Below are positions 14,435 through 26,805 of a stretch of DNA of 64,000 nt, piece by piece. Location: NCBI RefSeq assembly GCF_018977255.1, contig NW_024704758.1, positions 9,052,001 to 9,116,000 of the forward strand, in the 5' to 3' direction. The stretch is from Callorhinchus milii (taxonomy: Eukaryota). The position numbers and the translations under genes are program-made. Below the pieces are notes generated by a model, which was given only the letters and a program-made list of their open reading frames with translations, searched no databases and was not told the DNA's origin. Position 1 is the stretch's first letter. Each line of letters starts with the position of its first letter.

Positions 14435-14753
14435 TGGAGTCCTGCAGCTCAGTGGTTAGAGCACTCGCTTTGCAAGCGAGAGACCTGAGTTCAATTCCAG
14501 GCAGAGGGCGAAACCTTGGGCAAGTTTCCTTATTCCACACAGAACCTAATAATAATCCCTCCAAATCCAAAAACAATAATAAATTGGTCATTTTCAATCT
14601 ACGACTGTTTGTGGGACATTGCTGTGCGCAATTGGCTGCCGCGTTCGCCCACAAATATAGTCAATTCACTTTACAGTGTGTTCTGTGAAGCACTTTGGGA
14701 CGTCCCCCTGACGTGAAAAGCGCTATATCAAATGCAAGGATTATTATTATTAT
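14435..14753 (+). mobile_element. Full-length tRNA-derived SINE (Ala-TGC-like head, partial Deu-like core, L2-type tail ending (ATT)n)
   Basis: A/B boxes AGCTCAGTGG and GAGTTCAATTCC; core ctgtttgtgggacattgctgtgcgcaattggctgcc; tail gcgctatatcaaatgcaaggattattatt; very similar copies at 40845 and 49172. Confidence 0.88.
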
Positions 14754-15989
14754 TAGTTGGGGTCAGTAGGGGTGAAAGGCAGTGGGGGTGGGAGGATGGC
14801 TGAAGGCACGGTCGAATAAGAAGGTCTTACACGGGATATGAAGGAGGCAAGAGAGGCGGTGAGGTGGAGGGTTTGCGGGATAGAGTTCCAGTGTTTGGGG
14901 GCAGAGAGGCTAAAAAAACAGGCTAACTTATTCTGTGGACGCTTGACTTCAAATGCTGCAGCTCATTGCTTTACCAGACTCTTGAAGGAATTAAAGATTT
15001 TATTAGTGGAACCTCTATCTTCGACAGTTTCCGTTTTTTTTAAATAAAAGGAAATGTGTGAGTTAACTTCCAGAGTCACTGCTTTGAGCAGTGGTCTGTC
15101 TGATGGAGGGAGACTTGTGAGGTGCTACTTTTTTCACGTGTCTGGTTGAGATTGCTGGGACACTGACACATTGCATATGTGTAACTAAAAGCAGATGATC
15201 CGAGAATGTCCTGGCATAACAGCCCCCATGAGTACCTTCCAGCAGCGCCTGTGAATGAACAGTGATCAGGTGCAGGAACCCTGGTGGATGTTTTCCTACC
15301 ATAACCTATTGGGGGGTTGAATTATTGTGCTGTGCTGAGTTGAATTATTGCACCTTGGCTAACATAAGCCAGGTGCACAGTCCAGCTTCCTCTTCTCGGC
15401 TCTTAAAAGCCATCTGCCTACATGCTAGATGCATTTTACTCTCCTGTACAGTCTCCCTCACAGTTGCCTATCCTTTCAACGACTCAGGTTGCCTCTTTCA
15501 GAAAGGCGTGGGAATGCCGACTGTGTGAAGAGTCGCTCTATTCTGCGAACGTACATTGCACAACAAAAGCAATTACATTTGTATAGTGCCTTTCACGCTG
15601 GGAGGGTGTCCCAAGGCGCTGGAAAACACACACTTTTAGATTCATAGATTTTTATATATATACATATATAAATTTTTACACATCTACAACACCCCGCTTT
15701 TCCCTTTCTAACGGCAAAAGTGCTTTACATGGTCCTGACTCTCCCCAAGGCAATGTGTCTTGGGTCCCCCAAATGTCTTACTGAACGACTGTGACATTTG
15801 TCATCACTGAGCCCTCTCCAAAGTGAGATTTGCCGAATTAAGGAGAATTTTATGCATTTCTATTACAAATCTGGCCGCTACAGACAGGTGAGCCGGAATA
15901 ACATTGGTAACTCATAAGAGCTTACAAGAAAATGTTTCGAGTAAAAAATGACTCCACCGCAATTACTTCCATTTCATTTGATTGTTTTA

Positions 15990-16417
15990 TTATAATCCTT
16001 GCATTTGACTAACCACACTTTGAGACGTCTCAAAACGCTTCACAGAATATGCTGTAAAGTGAATTGACTGTATATTTTATGGGTGAAACACAGCAGCCAA
16101 TTGTGCACAGCAGTGTCCCACAAACAGTTGTGGATTGAGTGACCAATTTTTCTTTGGGGTGGGGGGAAGGAGGGAGAAGGGATTATTACCTCCAGAAAGC
16201 AATCCACCAACCGACTAACAACTGGGAGGCTGTCAGCACTGTTCGAACAAGTTACGAGGCAAAACCTAATTTTAAAACCACCTCCGTTATGTTTTGCCCA
16301 CAAAATACTCAATCAATTCACTTTACGATGTATTCGGTGAAGCGCTTTGAGACGTCGTGAAGACGTGATAAGCCGCTATATCAAATGCAAGGATTATCAA
16401 TATTATTATTATTATTA
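15990..16417. mobile_element. Head-to-head SINE pair next to the ABTB2 exon 1 donor
   Basis: Minus copy 15990-16260 and plus-strand tail 16290-16417. Confidence 0.8.
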
Positions 16418-16456
16418 AGTGCACATTTCCGAATAGGCGCATTACTGGGTAGATAC

Positions 16457-17049
16457 CTGGAGCTCTTGCTTTTCCTCAGCCTGTCCCCAGCGCTCATGCT
16501 GTACAGGGACAAGGCTTTCACAGAAGCAGAGATGCATCTTTCAGACAAGGACCAGGACAGGATGAGCCTCATGGCGCTCTGGATCTCGAACTTGGTGCAT
16601 TTGGAGTGCAGCACACTGAGCCTCTGAGCCTCCCTGGAAATCCTGACCAGGGCTCTCCTCAGCAAGAAAGACAGTCTTCTGACCGCTTCCTGTGTGAGGA
16701 GTTTCCCGGAGTCCCTGGGTCTCCCTTTCTTCAGGATCTTCCCCACGTCTTCGTCCGTCCACGGAAACTCCTCCAACTCGGGGAGCCGGGGGCATTTGGA
16801 GAGGATGTCATTGCCCTCCGGGTCCTCGGGTAGGACGGTGTTGACCGTGTCCCAGCTGTTGTTGCGGCTGTTCATGGAGCCCGACAGGTACCACCAGTTG
16901 CCCTTGTTGTGGGCTGACTGGAAAGCTTGGGAGTTGGACCGGGAGGAGGACAGACTGAGGGACCTGCACGAATCCCCGGCCCCACCATAACCCGAGTCCA
17001 GAGTCAGATCTTCCAGCGTCTTCAAGGTGGAATTGTACAATCCGGCCAT
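16457..17049 (-). CDS. ABTB2: ABTB2 coding exon 1 (N-terminus and H2B-like histone-fold half)
   Basis: [22 protein letters not shown]...[15 protein letters not shown]...[12 protein letters not shown] matches the vertebrate ABTB2 N-terminus; donor AG|GTATCT (phase 2) at 16457/16456. Confidence 0.93.
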
Positions 17050-17054
17050 TGTGC

Positions 17055-18150
17055 AGAGAGAGAGAGAGAGAGAGAGAGGGGGAGAGAGAGGGAGAGAGAA
17101 AGAGAACAGTTTGCAAACGTTTGCTCAACTCAAGCCAAGTCGCATCAGCTTTTGGAGGAGGCTCTTGTCCCCAAAAAGCCTTTTCTTCCCAGGAATCCAA
17201 AAAAAAAATAAGAGCAAAGCAAACGCTCTTGTGGTGTGTCCTCGAGTGTGTCCCAGCGCGTGCGTCAAGGGTTCCTTCCAAGAAACTGTTGAGGCTTTGC
17301 AATTCTGTTCCAATGGCTTTGTAAATCCTCTTCGCCTTTTAAAGAAGGGGGGAAAAAAAAGACACACACTCACACACACACACTCTCTCTCTCTCTCTCT
17401 TTTTTTTCCCTCCTTCCCTCTCTCCTGGGTTAGTTGTGTCCTTTTGCATCTGACCTGGCAGAGAAAATGGAAAGTTTAAGAACGAGTCTGCGATGGTTTC
17501 TTGAACTTCATTCGTTGCTGATGATCAGTGAGAAGGTCCTCCTCCTCCTCCTCCTCCTCCTCCTCCTCCTCCTTCTTCTTCTTCTTCTCCTTCTTCTTCT
17601 TCTTCTGCACGATTTGCTTGTGGTTGTCTTATTTGTGTGTGTGTGTGTGTGGTCCTCCTCCCTTAAAAGCTCACGTTTAAGAGGGTTGGGGTTGAGGATG
17701 GGGATGGGGATGGGATGTGTGGGGGGGAAAGAGGTCCAAACCCCAAACCCCCTCTCCCCACCTCCACCTCCACACACACACACACACACAGACACACACA
17801 CACACACACACAGAGTGAGAGAGAGAAAAAATCTTCTCGTGTCATCTGCAAATATCCTTTTTTTTTAAAAAAAAATCTACAGATTATTTTATATCATATA
17901 TACATATACACACATATATATATATATATATATGCAAAAAAAAAGTAATGTAAATACCCCCCACACACGGGGGGGAAAAAAAAAGGTGCAACTTGTCCCT
18001 TTGCACAGCTCAGCTCTTTTGAACAAACTTCTGTGCACAGTGGAGCAAATTCCCTTTTAAAGCCTCTTTTTATATATATATATATATAGAGAGAGATATA
18101 TATATATTATAACCACAACGCACAACACACACACACACACACACACGCGC
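17055..18150. repeat. Microsatellite-rich ABTB2 5' region: (GA)n, (CCT)n(CTT)n, (CA)n, (TA)n
   Basis: Visible at 17055-17100, 17538-17605, 17770-17811, 17900-17932 and 18070-18146. Confidence 0.9.
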
Positions 18151-18334
18151 GCTGTCGGGTCCCGATCCCTGTGCAGTGGCTCTGATGTCCAGTCGGGGTT
18201 TCGGACGCAGCTCTTCTCCAGCGCTCGGCTCCCGGTGCCGACAAACACCAATCGCCTGGAAAAAAAAAGTGACTGTCAGCCACTCCCACAGCGCTCTGGG
18301 CTCTGGGCTCCTCCTCTCCTCCTCCCTCCTCACC

Positions 18335-18495
18335 CCCGGGACTGTCCTGGTGTCTGTGTGTTGTATGTGCGCAGCTCTAACCCGGGACTGTCCTGGTGTC
18401 TGTGTGTTGTATGTGCGCAGCTCTAACCCGGGACTGTCCTGGTGTCTGTGTGTTGTATGTGCACAGCTCTAACCCGGGACTGTCCTGGTGTCTGT
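18335..18495. repeat. 46-bp tandem repeat, 3.5 copies, upstream of ABTB2
   Basis: cccgggactgtcctggtgtctgtgtgttgtatgtgcgcagctctaa at 18335, 18381, 18427 and 18473 (partial). Confidence 0.97.
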
Positions 18496-21400
18496 ACACA
18501 GTCCTAACTTACTTATTGTAAAAATTACGGCCAAGTAAGTATATATCTATTCACTGTACCCTTTCTGATGCAGTCATATTCTTGGTCAGTATTCAGTGCT
18601 GACTATGTAGCTGTGGTCACAATCCCTGGAGAACTTTGGTCCACGCGGAGCTAATACACTACATGTATATTCCTGACTCAAGAATGACATCTCACAGGAT
18701 CACAGATACAGATGGAGAGATGGACTGTATCAGTTTGAGTTTAGCAGTTTGGGATCCAGCTCTGAATTAAACAGCTACTTGTACGATGTCCACCTTTTAG
18801 TGTATACTTAGTTGGTTGTATTGCTGTGGAAGATCTTGGTGTTGTCCGCTTTCGGTATTTATATATGTTACCAGTTCCTTTGGGTGCGAAGTAAGCTTAA
18901 ATTACGCAACGTGACTGCAACACGTACCCATGGTTTTCTTGTACAGTATTTCCAATCAACGTGTGTGTTATCTATGAGAGTAATCAGTGCCTTGCAATAA
19001 TTTACATTGCTTTGCAAACGAGCACCAGCGTGAATTGATTCACCCCACGTTTTTATATATATATTTTTTAATTTGAATCAAAACAATTTTCAATCCACTC
19101 GTAAAAAGATCAGCTGATCTCACAGGATATTTATCGTTTGTTTCGAGAGAAAAAAAAGTAATTGCATGCATAAGGAAAGCAGCGATGTGTGTTTGATACA
19201 GAAACTCATATTTTTTTAATTAAAAACAAGAAAGCAGCCAGATACAGTATACAATCAAAATCTCCTCCAAAATGCTCGTGTTCGATGGGATCATTCGACT
19301 GAAATGACAGCCATCTAATGTAATTTGCAGTCCAGATCACGTCTAGCAGGTTTGTCGCAAAATATCATCGGCAAAAAGGACATGAAAAATCACCTCTCAG
19401 GAATCTCTGACAAAAGCTGCAGTTCAAACAGGATTGGGACACTTTGGTTTCTGGACGTGAAAGGCGCTATACAAATACAATCTTTTTGTTGTTGTTGTTG
19501 TTGTTTCGCTCATTGAATGTCATCTGAATGTACTGCCAGCAGGCACTGATATGAAACGACCTTGATCCTTTCCATGGGACATGTTAGTGATGTTTATCCC
19601 AGTCGCAGCAGCTCTCCAGCTGACACACAGACCCAACACGGCACATGGATTCCCAGGCAGAATATATGAATCCGAACTGCAGCAATGCACATTTATCAGG
19701 TCTCTTTAATCCATGGCGGAACTTGTCTGATCATTAATTACTCTGAGAGATGCACCGCTTAGATTTCTCCCTGTGACAAATCTTCATAGAAAGGATCACG
19801 GTTTCCGGATCTCTGTTGCGTTTTCTTTCATTCGAAATGTGGAGAGGTGACACATACTATTGCCACACCAGGCACTTAATCTGATTTAATAAGGACACAA
19901 CTGGTCTCCAAACACAAGAGGAAACAGAGGCAAGTCTCCTAGATTAATGCTTTGGAACAAGCACATGGGATTTATCCAGCATTAATAGCAGTTAGTTTTT
20001 TTCTCTCCCTTTTGAAAAACGTATTTCATAGTTTCAAGCAATAACCATTTGTTCACATGGACGGTAAGTCAGCGTTGAATGAATAGGGCGGCTTGATGGA
20101 GGGCCTTTTTTTCCTTTCTCCACTATATTGGCCATTAAATACGGGTAATATAATTTTTAGTACCAGTTGTAGTATTGTGGAATACCAATGCAGGAATTTA
20201 ATAATAGAATAGAAGTCCTATTGTGCACCAGAATGGGTCGACCTCCACACATACCTGAGAATAAGTCATTGATCAAATATTTACTTTCACTACTACATCT
20301 GCAGCCTGCTGTGTTTGTATCAGTCTTTATGTTGTAAAACAGTACTGTATATGACAAGTAATAAGGAATAGAAACAAACAAGAAAGGAAACTCGCATGGA
20401 TTTGAATCAGAAAAGTGGGCTCCCATAATGGCCCAGAAACTTTACTCCAATATTAACCAGCAAATAAAAATAGCACAAATGAATGTAAGTGCCTGTGGGG
20501 AAGGTAGGATTAGGGAGTGACTTCAGAAGGGTTGCTGAAACAGTGATAAGCAGTAAGGTTCTGTAGAGCAATGGGCAGTAACTAAGGAAAGAGGCCAATT
20601 CTTCTTTCACCCTCCGCCCCACTCCCCTGTGGAAATGTTCCACCTCTTCAAGGCCCCATAGTTTTGATGATTGCTTTTTTTTAAAAAAATGTCAATTTGG
20701 AGTAATTGATTGCGACGGTATTTTGGAATCCAGAACTCTGTTTAATGTATCCCTCCTGGAGATCGTTCTTGTTTAACTGTGAGTTTCTTCTGCAAAGCAG
20801 GAAAAAAAAATCCGACAACATGATGCTACCCATGTGGCAAAACAAAACATGCAAAGTCCCTGGCCTCAATTCTCCACCTCAACACATCTGCCGCAACAAA
20901 TAAAACCGTTCAAATGTGCCAAACGTGGAGCACCTGAGTACTGTCTGCCATTGATGACAAAACACTTTCTACAGTGGTGTACTTTACCATGTTTCCTTAA
21001 ATCATATAACTATTATGGGAAAAAGGTAGACACTTGGCTTTAGTTTTAATGCTATTTTAGGCTTGGAATGTGCCAACCACACTTGTAATGAGCTATTTAC
21101 GCTTTCTGCCACAATTAACTTGTATCACCTTTGCTACTTAGTGTGATGTTTGATTATCTTGTATTTGTTTTATTTTTCTCCAATGGAATCGACAATACAG
21201 AGGGTTCCAGTTCTATTGACCACGTTTACGAGGTGGCAGAAAATGTTGTGCTGAACTGCCACCTTGTGGACAAACCCACATTAATTCCTGAGCTGCTCTC
21301 TTTGCTTCAACGAGCAATCTGAACTGTTGAAATGAAATGTCTTCCAAGCAAGATTATCGGGTTTAGAAACAGAACCTTGCACAGAGGTGATCTTTACACA

Positions 21401-21554
21401 TGGACAAACCACAGTGAGATGGGCCGAATAGTCTTCTTCTGTGCTGTAAATATCTATGGTCTATAACATAAATCCAATATTAAATGGCAATTTAAAATAA
21501 AAGAACTTGATTGACAGTTGTCTTAAGGACTAACAAGGTCCAAGCCTTTGTGTC

Positions 21555-21870
21555 CATCGTGTGCTGATCTTGGTCAGGGCAGTGTATAAAGAGGGACTAG
21601 ATTGCCTCTGGGCTCAGGGAGTGTTAGAATCTGCCAGGTCACCTGGCCTTAATCATTACCAATAACGTCTGTTGGAAAATGTGGCTGCTAGAAGCTTGGT
21701 GAAAAGAGGATGGAGGAATGGGCTCAGTTCTGATGAGCTGCCGCTCAGTCGCATAGCCTACTGACATTCCTTACCTCGCTCAAGCATGAAGAATGGCAAC
21801 TTTGGTCTTTTGCCCGTGGAACCACAAGTGAATCAGCACCTCCAGGAGAGGAGGAGTAAATTGGAAGGAG
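21555..21870 (+). repeat. Old dispersed repeat, SINE-like; related pieces at ~9590-9780, 31935-32150, 60995-61110 and 62540-62700 (-)
   Basis: Shared degenerate motifs gagttagctgatctc, gcttggctgtgatg, atagcct.c.gaca.tc, tcagcacct.caggagagg. Confidence 0.55.
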
Positions 21871-24800
21871 AAAGCGAAGGAACGTAAGGGATGATAAAAG
21901 TTGAAATTGCAGCAGATGTAAGTTGGTTGCACATCAGAGTGTGCTAACTCTGCTGACAAGGCTGACAGACTTCCACAAGATCCTTTTGGCCATGCCTGGA
22001 CCTACTGTGTCTGCCTGAAAACTCTGTAATTGTGGCACCAACACTCCTGAAATAAATATCCACGGGAATAAATTCCACTTGGGTCTAGATTTCTGTCACA
22101 TTGAAAACATTCAGAATTTGGCAAATTCTTAATTTCAAAGTCATTTTTCCTCTAAGTTATTTTAAGAATTGTAGAAAAATGACTTCAAAATTGGGACTGA
22201 ATGCAACAAGTTGCCAGTTCCTAGATACTCTGGTAGAATTTCTACCCGCTGAAGTTTAGAGAAGACTAGTTACTGTTCCATTTCATTTCCTCCCATACGT
22301 AAACACGACACTTTGATCGGAGAATGAAATTAGCCAAGGATTGAAATGACCTACTTGGAATGGACGAAATATAAATAAACAAAGACAAATACATTAGCTG
22401 TCCTTTGGCTAATCTCAGTACCAGCTCTGTGCATGAGGCCTACTTTGTTCCTCTTAAGATCCTGTCACTGTGAATGTGATCATTGTAGCTTTGAGTTAAT
22501 TTGGATTTTTAAAAACAACAATTTTGCGAAGTTCTTCTCTGCGTCTGTGACATTCGTTCAGCTGCAAATCACAAGACTTAATTATGACCCATATTGTTTG
22601 TGTTGCTCAGAGAGAAAAAATACTTCCTGGATCACAACTCTATTGGTAAGTAAACCATCAAGCTTTTATTAACAGAGCCACCTCTGCCTTATTTCAGATA
22701 ATGATATTATGCTTTTTTTTAAGTTGACTTCCACTTGGAAAACAGATAATTTGACACTCCAACACAGTGTTGGGGGAATACTGCAAAGTCAGAGTTGTTG
22801 GCCTTCAGATGAAATGTTAAACCAAGGTCTTGTCTACCTGTTCAGGTGGATGTTAAAGATCCCATGGTATTAATGTCTGGGCAGATTAATACTGTAAATA
22901 GAACTGCTTTGAACAAACTTTCCTCTCCTTTCCCCCCCACCCCATCCACTTATACTTAACAAATGCATGATGTTAGACTAGAAACATCTCAAATAATTTA
23001 ATAATTATATGTACATTTGATACAATGCCTTATCATGCTGAAACCATCTCCGAGACCTTCACAAAATGAGGTATTAATTGCAATGACTCTTATAATGTAA
23101 CCAAACCATAGCAGTAAAATTGCACCAGAAAATTCTTGCAAACAATTAGATGAATGGCCAATTATTTTTGTGGATGAGGAAACAAAATTGGACTGGACAC
23201 CGGGAGAAGGCCTTGATTTTCTTTGAAATAGTGCCAGGAGATCTTTAAAGGCCACCAGAGTGGGCAAGTTTAATACTTTGTTTAATACCTTGCAAGCACT
23301 GGCTTATTCCACATTCTCTGCCCTACCTCCTCCACTATTGGCAGTCAGGCCTTCAACCTTTCTGCCCCCATCTTCTAGAACTCCATCTTGGAGCTTCTCC
23401 GCATTGCCCCCTTCCTTGCCTCAATCAAAGTCCACCTCAAGAACTTCCTTTTCGACCGTGTCTTCGGTCATCTTCCCTACTCCACCACCCCACCCCTGCC
23501 CTCCACCCCCCTCTGATCCCAACCCATCCATTGGGTGCCAAGCGCATATGGTCAAGCACCTCAAGTTCTGAATAAGCAATGCAATGTAATGGTAGCAATG
23601 TGCAGAAGTGCGAAACCGGAAACTGTAAGAGAGTTCCTGAAAATGCAATCCAATCCAATGATGAAAACAGACTTGCAGGTTATTCCTCAGCTGCACGTGA
23701 ACAGGAAAGATGATTCTGTGTAGGAGTCTTGTATTCAGAGTATACGTCTCCCCACCCCCCCCCCCCCTCCACCACCCACAATTCCTGATTATCCACTTGA
23801 TTTTTGTAAGCTTTTGAAATATATCCTACGTGATGGACTGGAGGTAGAGTAGGTGTTCTGGAAGGATGAGATCAAATAGGTCAAAGGGTCTATCTAATTC
23901 ATTCCAAACCAATCTTGTGACATGTCTGCATTCCAAGTAAGAGCTTGTAAGAAACTCTATCCATCACTTCAGTGAAATTCTTGTCAAGATCTACGACTGA
24001 GTATGATCTGTGTATAAATAGTCGAGAATAAGCAGAGACCTTTGGCAGGTCAGTGATATAGCAAAGGACACAGTCTCAAGTCTCGAGGAACAGCAAGGTC
24101 AATCAGATTTGTGGCACAGCGATTAGTTCTTGATATTTGCCCATTAGACTGAACAACCATTGATTCGTCTCAATTGCTAAGCAAGTGTGTATGGTAATGT
24201 TGACTGCTTGAAAACCCTTTTGAATTGAGATGCACATTATTGCTTTGCAAAGACTAAAAGTAAAGTTGATTCACAGGTGTTGATAATGTGGTGTGTGCGT
24301 GAAAATTACATGGCTGATAAAATGCGACTTTCTCAATTATTTTATAAGTAAGGGAGATAGATATTGAAATCCTGGGTTAGACCTTAGCAAGTCTGTTTCT
24401 AGTTAATAGGTACTAAGTAATAGCAATGACACCAGGCAACAATAATAATAATAATCCTTGCATTTGATATAGCGCCTTATCACATTGTTGAGACATCTTA
24501 AAGCGCTTCACAGAATGCACTGTAAAGTGGATTGACTGTATATTTTGTGGGCGAAACGCGACAGCCAATTCCATATAGCAGCATTCCACAAGCAGCCGTG
24601 GATTGATTGAACCAAATTATTATTTTTATTTCTTTTGCAATACAAAGTAAGAATTGCTCAGGTTTTATTGAGCGTCCTAATAGTTTCCTGCTTATTTCCC
24701 CTACGGTTTGACCTACTTATTTTTAATTTGAACAGTGGATCGAGTATCTTCACTTCGTCTCAGCATCAATTGTGGTTTTCAGAATTTTTTTTATCCATGA

Positions 24801-26805
24801 CAGGAATGCATACACATGCCTGCAGTCCTGTTCGACTAAAGATGAGATTCCAGCCCTCCCTGCGGTTTTTTTTTAACTGTGTGCTCTTCAGTGTAATTAA
24901 AAACATACTGCAAGTTGATTCTAATATGGTTCCATCGTGTAGTGCGGAAAATCAGGAATTGGTGGCAATATCTGCTGGCTTATTCCCTTCCCCTGATTTT
25001 TGAATACAAACAGGAGCACAGGATACAATAGCGTTCAGCTGGTGGATGTTGTCTGGGAAATGGTGAGTAGCTGCTGAGGGTATGGTGCTAATTGTCCATC
25101 TGAAAACCTATTTCTTTGTGTTTGCCAGCCAACAGGGTATGTGGGTGCAGAAACAGAGGAATGAGGAGTCTGTCCAAAACCCAAAGTACTGTGATACTGG
25201 GTGCAGCTGTTTTCTATTCAACTGATTTGAATTGCACCAAGAAACCATCATTCAGAGGAGACACAAATTCTGGGTGAACTGCTTACGAACTGATCTATTT
25301 TAGGCTCGAGAGTTCCTGTATTAACCCCCTGAGAGCAGATCAGCCTTTTGCGTGTATTCAGTGTAAAGTTTTGTTTTTTGTTTGTTAACTTGAATTGTAC
25401 TAAATTGTAACGACACATTAAAAGTATGGAATAATTTAATAACTGCAAGGCTAATTGTGTTCAAGTATGAATATGATACATTTAGAAGTTATGCATTTTT
25501 CTGACTTATATTAATGGTTTCATTTGTCCATGATATATTTTTTAAAAAGCAACCCGCAGACATTTAACCTGTCTGAGCGATATTTAAACGTCTGCAGTGG
25601 AATTTTGTCAGTAGACAGTTGATGGGAACCCCAGCTGTTGTAGAGGTAGTTACTAACAGCCTAAGATATCATGCCTATTTCTGGCAGAGATTGGCGCCTA
25701 CACATTAGCCCTTATTAGGGATACTACAATTGATCTTCAAAATTCTCTTTCTGAGACTCGTCCAGGCTATCACTGCATTAACATAAACACTACCCCTGGC
25801 GTACTGATGTCTACAAACGCAGCAGATAGAAATCCAGCGAAGTGGGTAAGTGCAGAAAAAGGAGTCAACAGTTTGATGATAACATTTTATTGATAGGGGC
25901 AACAAAAAGTTGATTTCTCTATTTATTTATATCCTTTAGATTACGAAAAATCCTTTATTCATTGGGTTGGCAGCTGGAGTACTAGTGCATGGGCTTCAGG
26001 TCTTTGGTAAAGTGGTGGTTTCACAGTGTTCTTTCACACGTGTGAAATAACAGGTTCAGAGCCGCTTAGTGTTTGCACAATTTAATAGGGCAGCTTTAGC
26101 TTCTATCAGGAGTCGCGTATGTGTGCGCTAACGAGAATCTCTAACTGGGGGACTGTAAGATACTGGCAACTCTTTCACCCTTGCTGAAACCTTAACAACT
26201 TATTCTGCCACAATTGAGCACTGAGGGGCATTGCTGTTGAGGAAAAACTGTTCATAAAACTAAATTGTACTGCTAAGAGCTTTACTGTTTATGGAAGGAA
26301 TTTAAAACGTTGTTTCTATAATTACCATCTCTGCTCCTATAACGGGGCCAGTATAAGATATTAATAAACCCTATTGATGTGACTTGAGATTTGATATTAA
26401 TTCGTTACTAGGGCAGATTGATAGTTCCAGTAGGACGATGGGAGTTTGTTGTGTTTGTCCAGTAGTATGTTAAACGTTTGAACCTAGCTGTGCTTAGCAA
26501 CTGCAATGTCATAACTATAAAGCTGTGCCTGAACTCACTACACTTTACTGTATGTCTGTCCTTCATTCAAAGTGCTTTGAGATGTCTTCCTGATATGAAA
26601 GGTGTTAGTGTGGGCCTTTTGACTATTGCAATGATTATTATTGTTGGTTGCTGCAAAAATTGAAAACACTAGTTGAAGTGGGTAAAGCTTACTTAACTCT
26701 ATCTCGTGTTTAGATCACTGGATTGCGGGAAAATAGATGTCTGAGGTTGATATATGCATCAGAGAACAAACATAGTGTGAAGAAAATCAAGAGAAGACCA
26801 CCACA

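Noticed and set aside
14435-14510. tRNA-Ala gene (also 41095-41168 and 4290-4362)
   Set aside because: No proper acceptor stem; continues into a SINE body and tail
16381-16456. ABTB2 ORF tail [24 protein letters not shown]
   Set aside because: Intronic read-through into a SINE tail; homology resumes at 13311
17434-17868. Poly-Leu and poly-Arg ORFs
   Set aside because: Translations of (CCT)n/(CTT)n microsatellites
18335-18495. CRISPR-like array
   Set aside because: Head-to-tail units without unique spacers, in a vertebrate context
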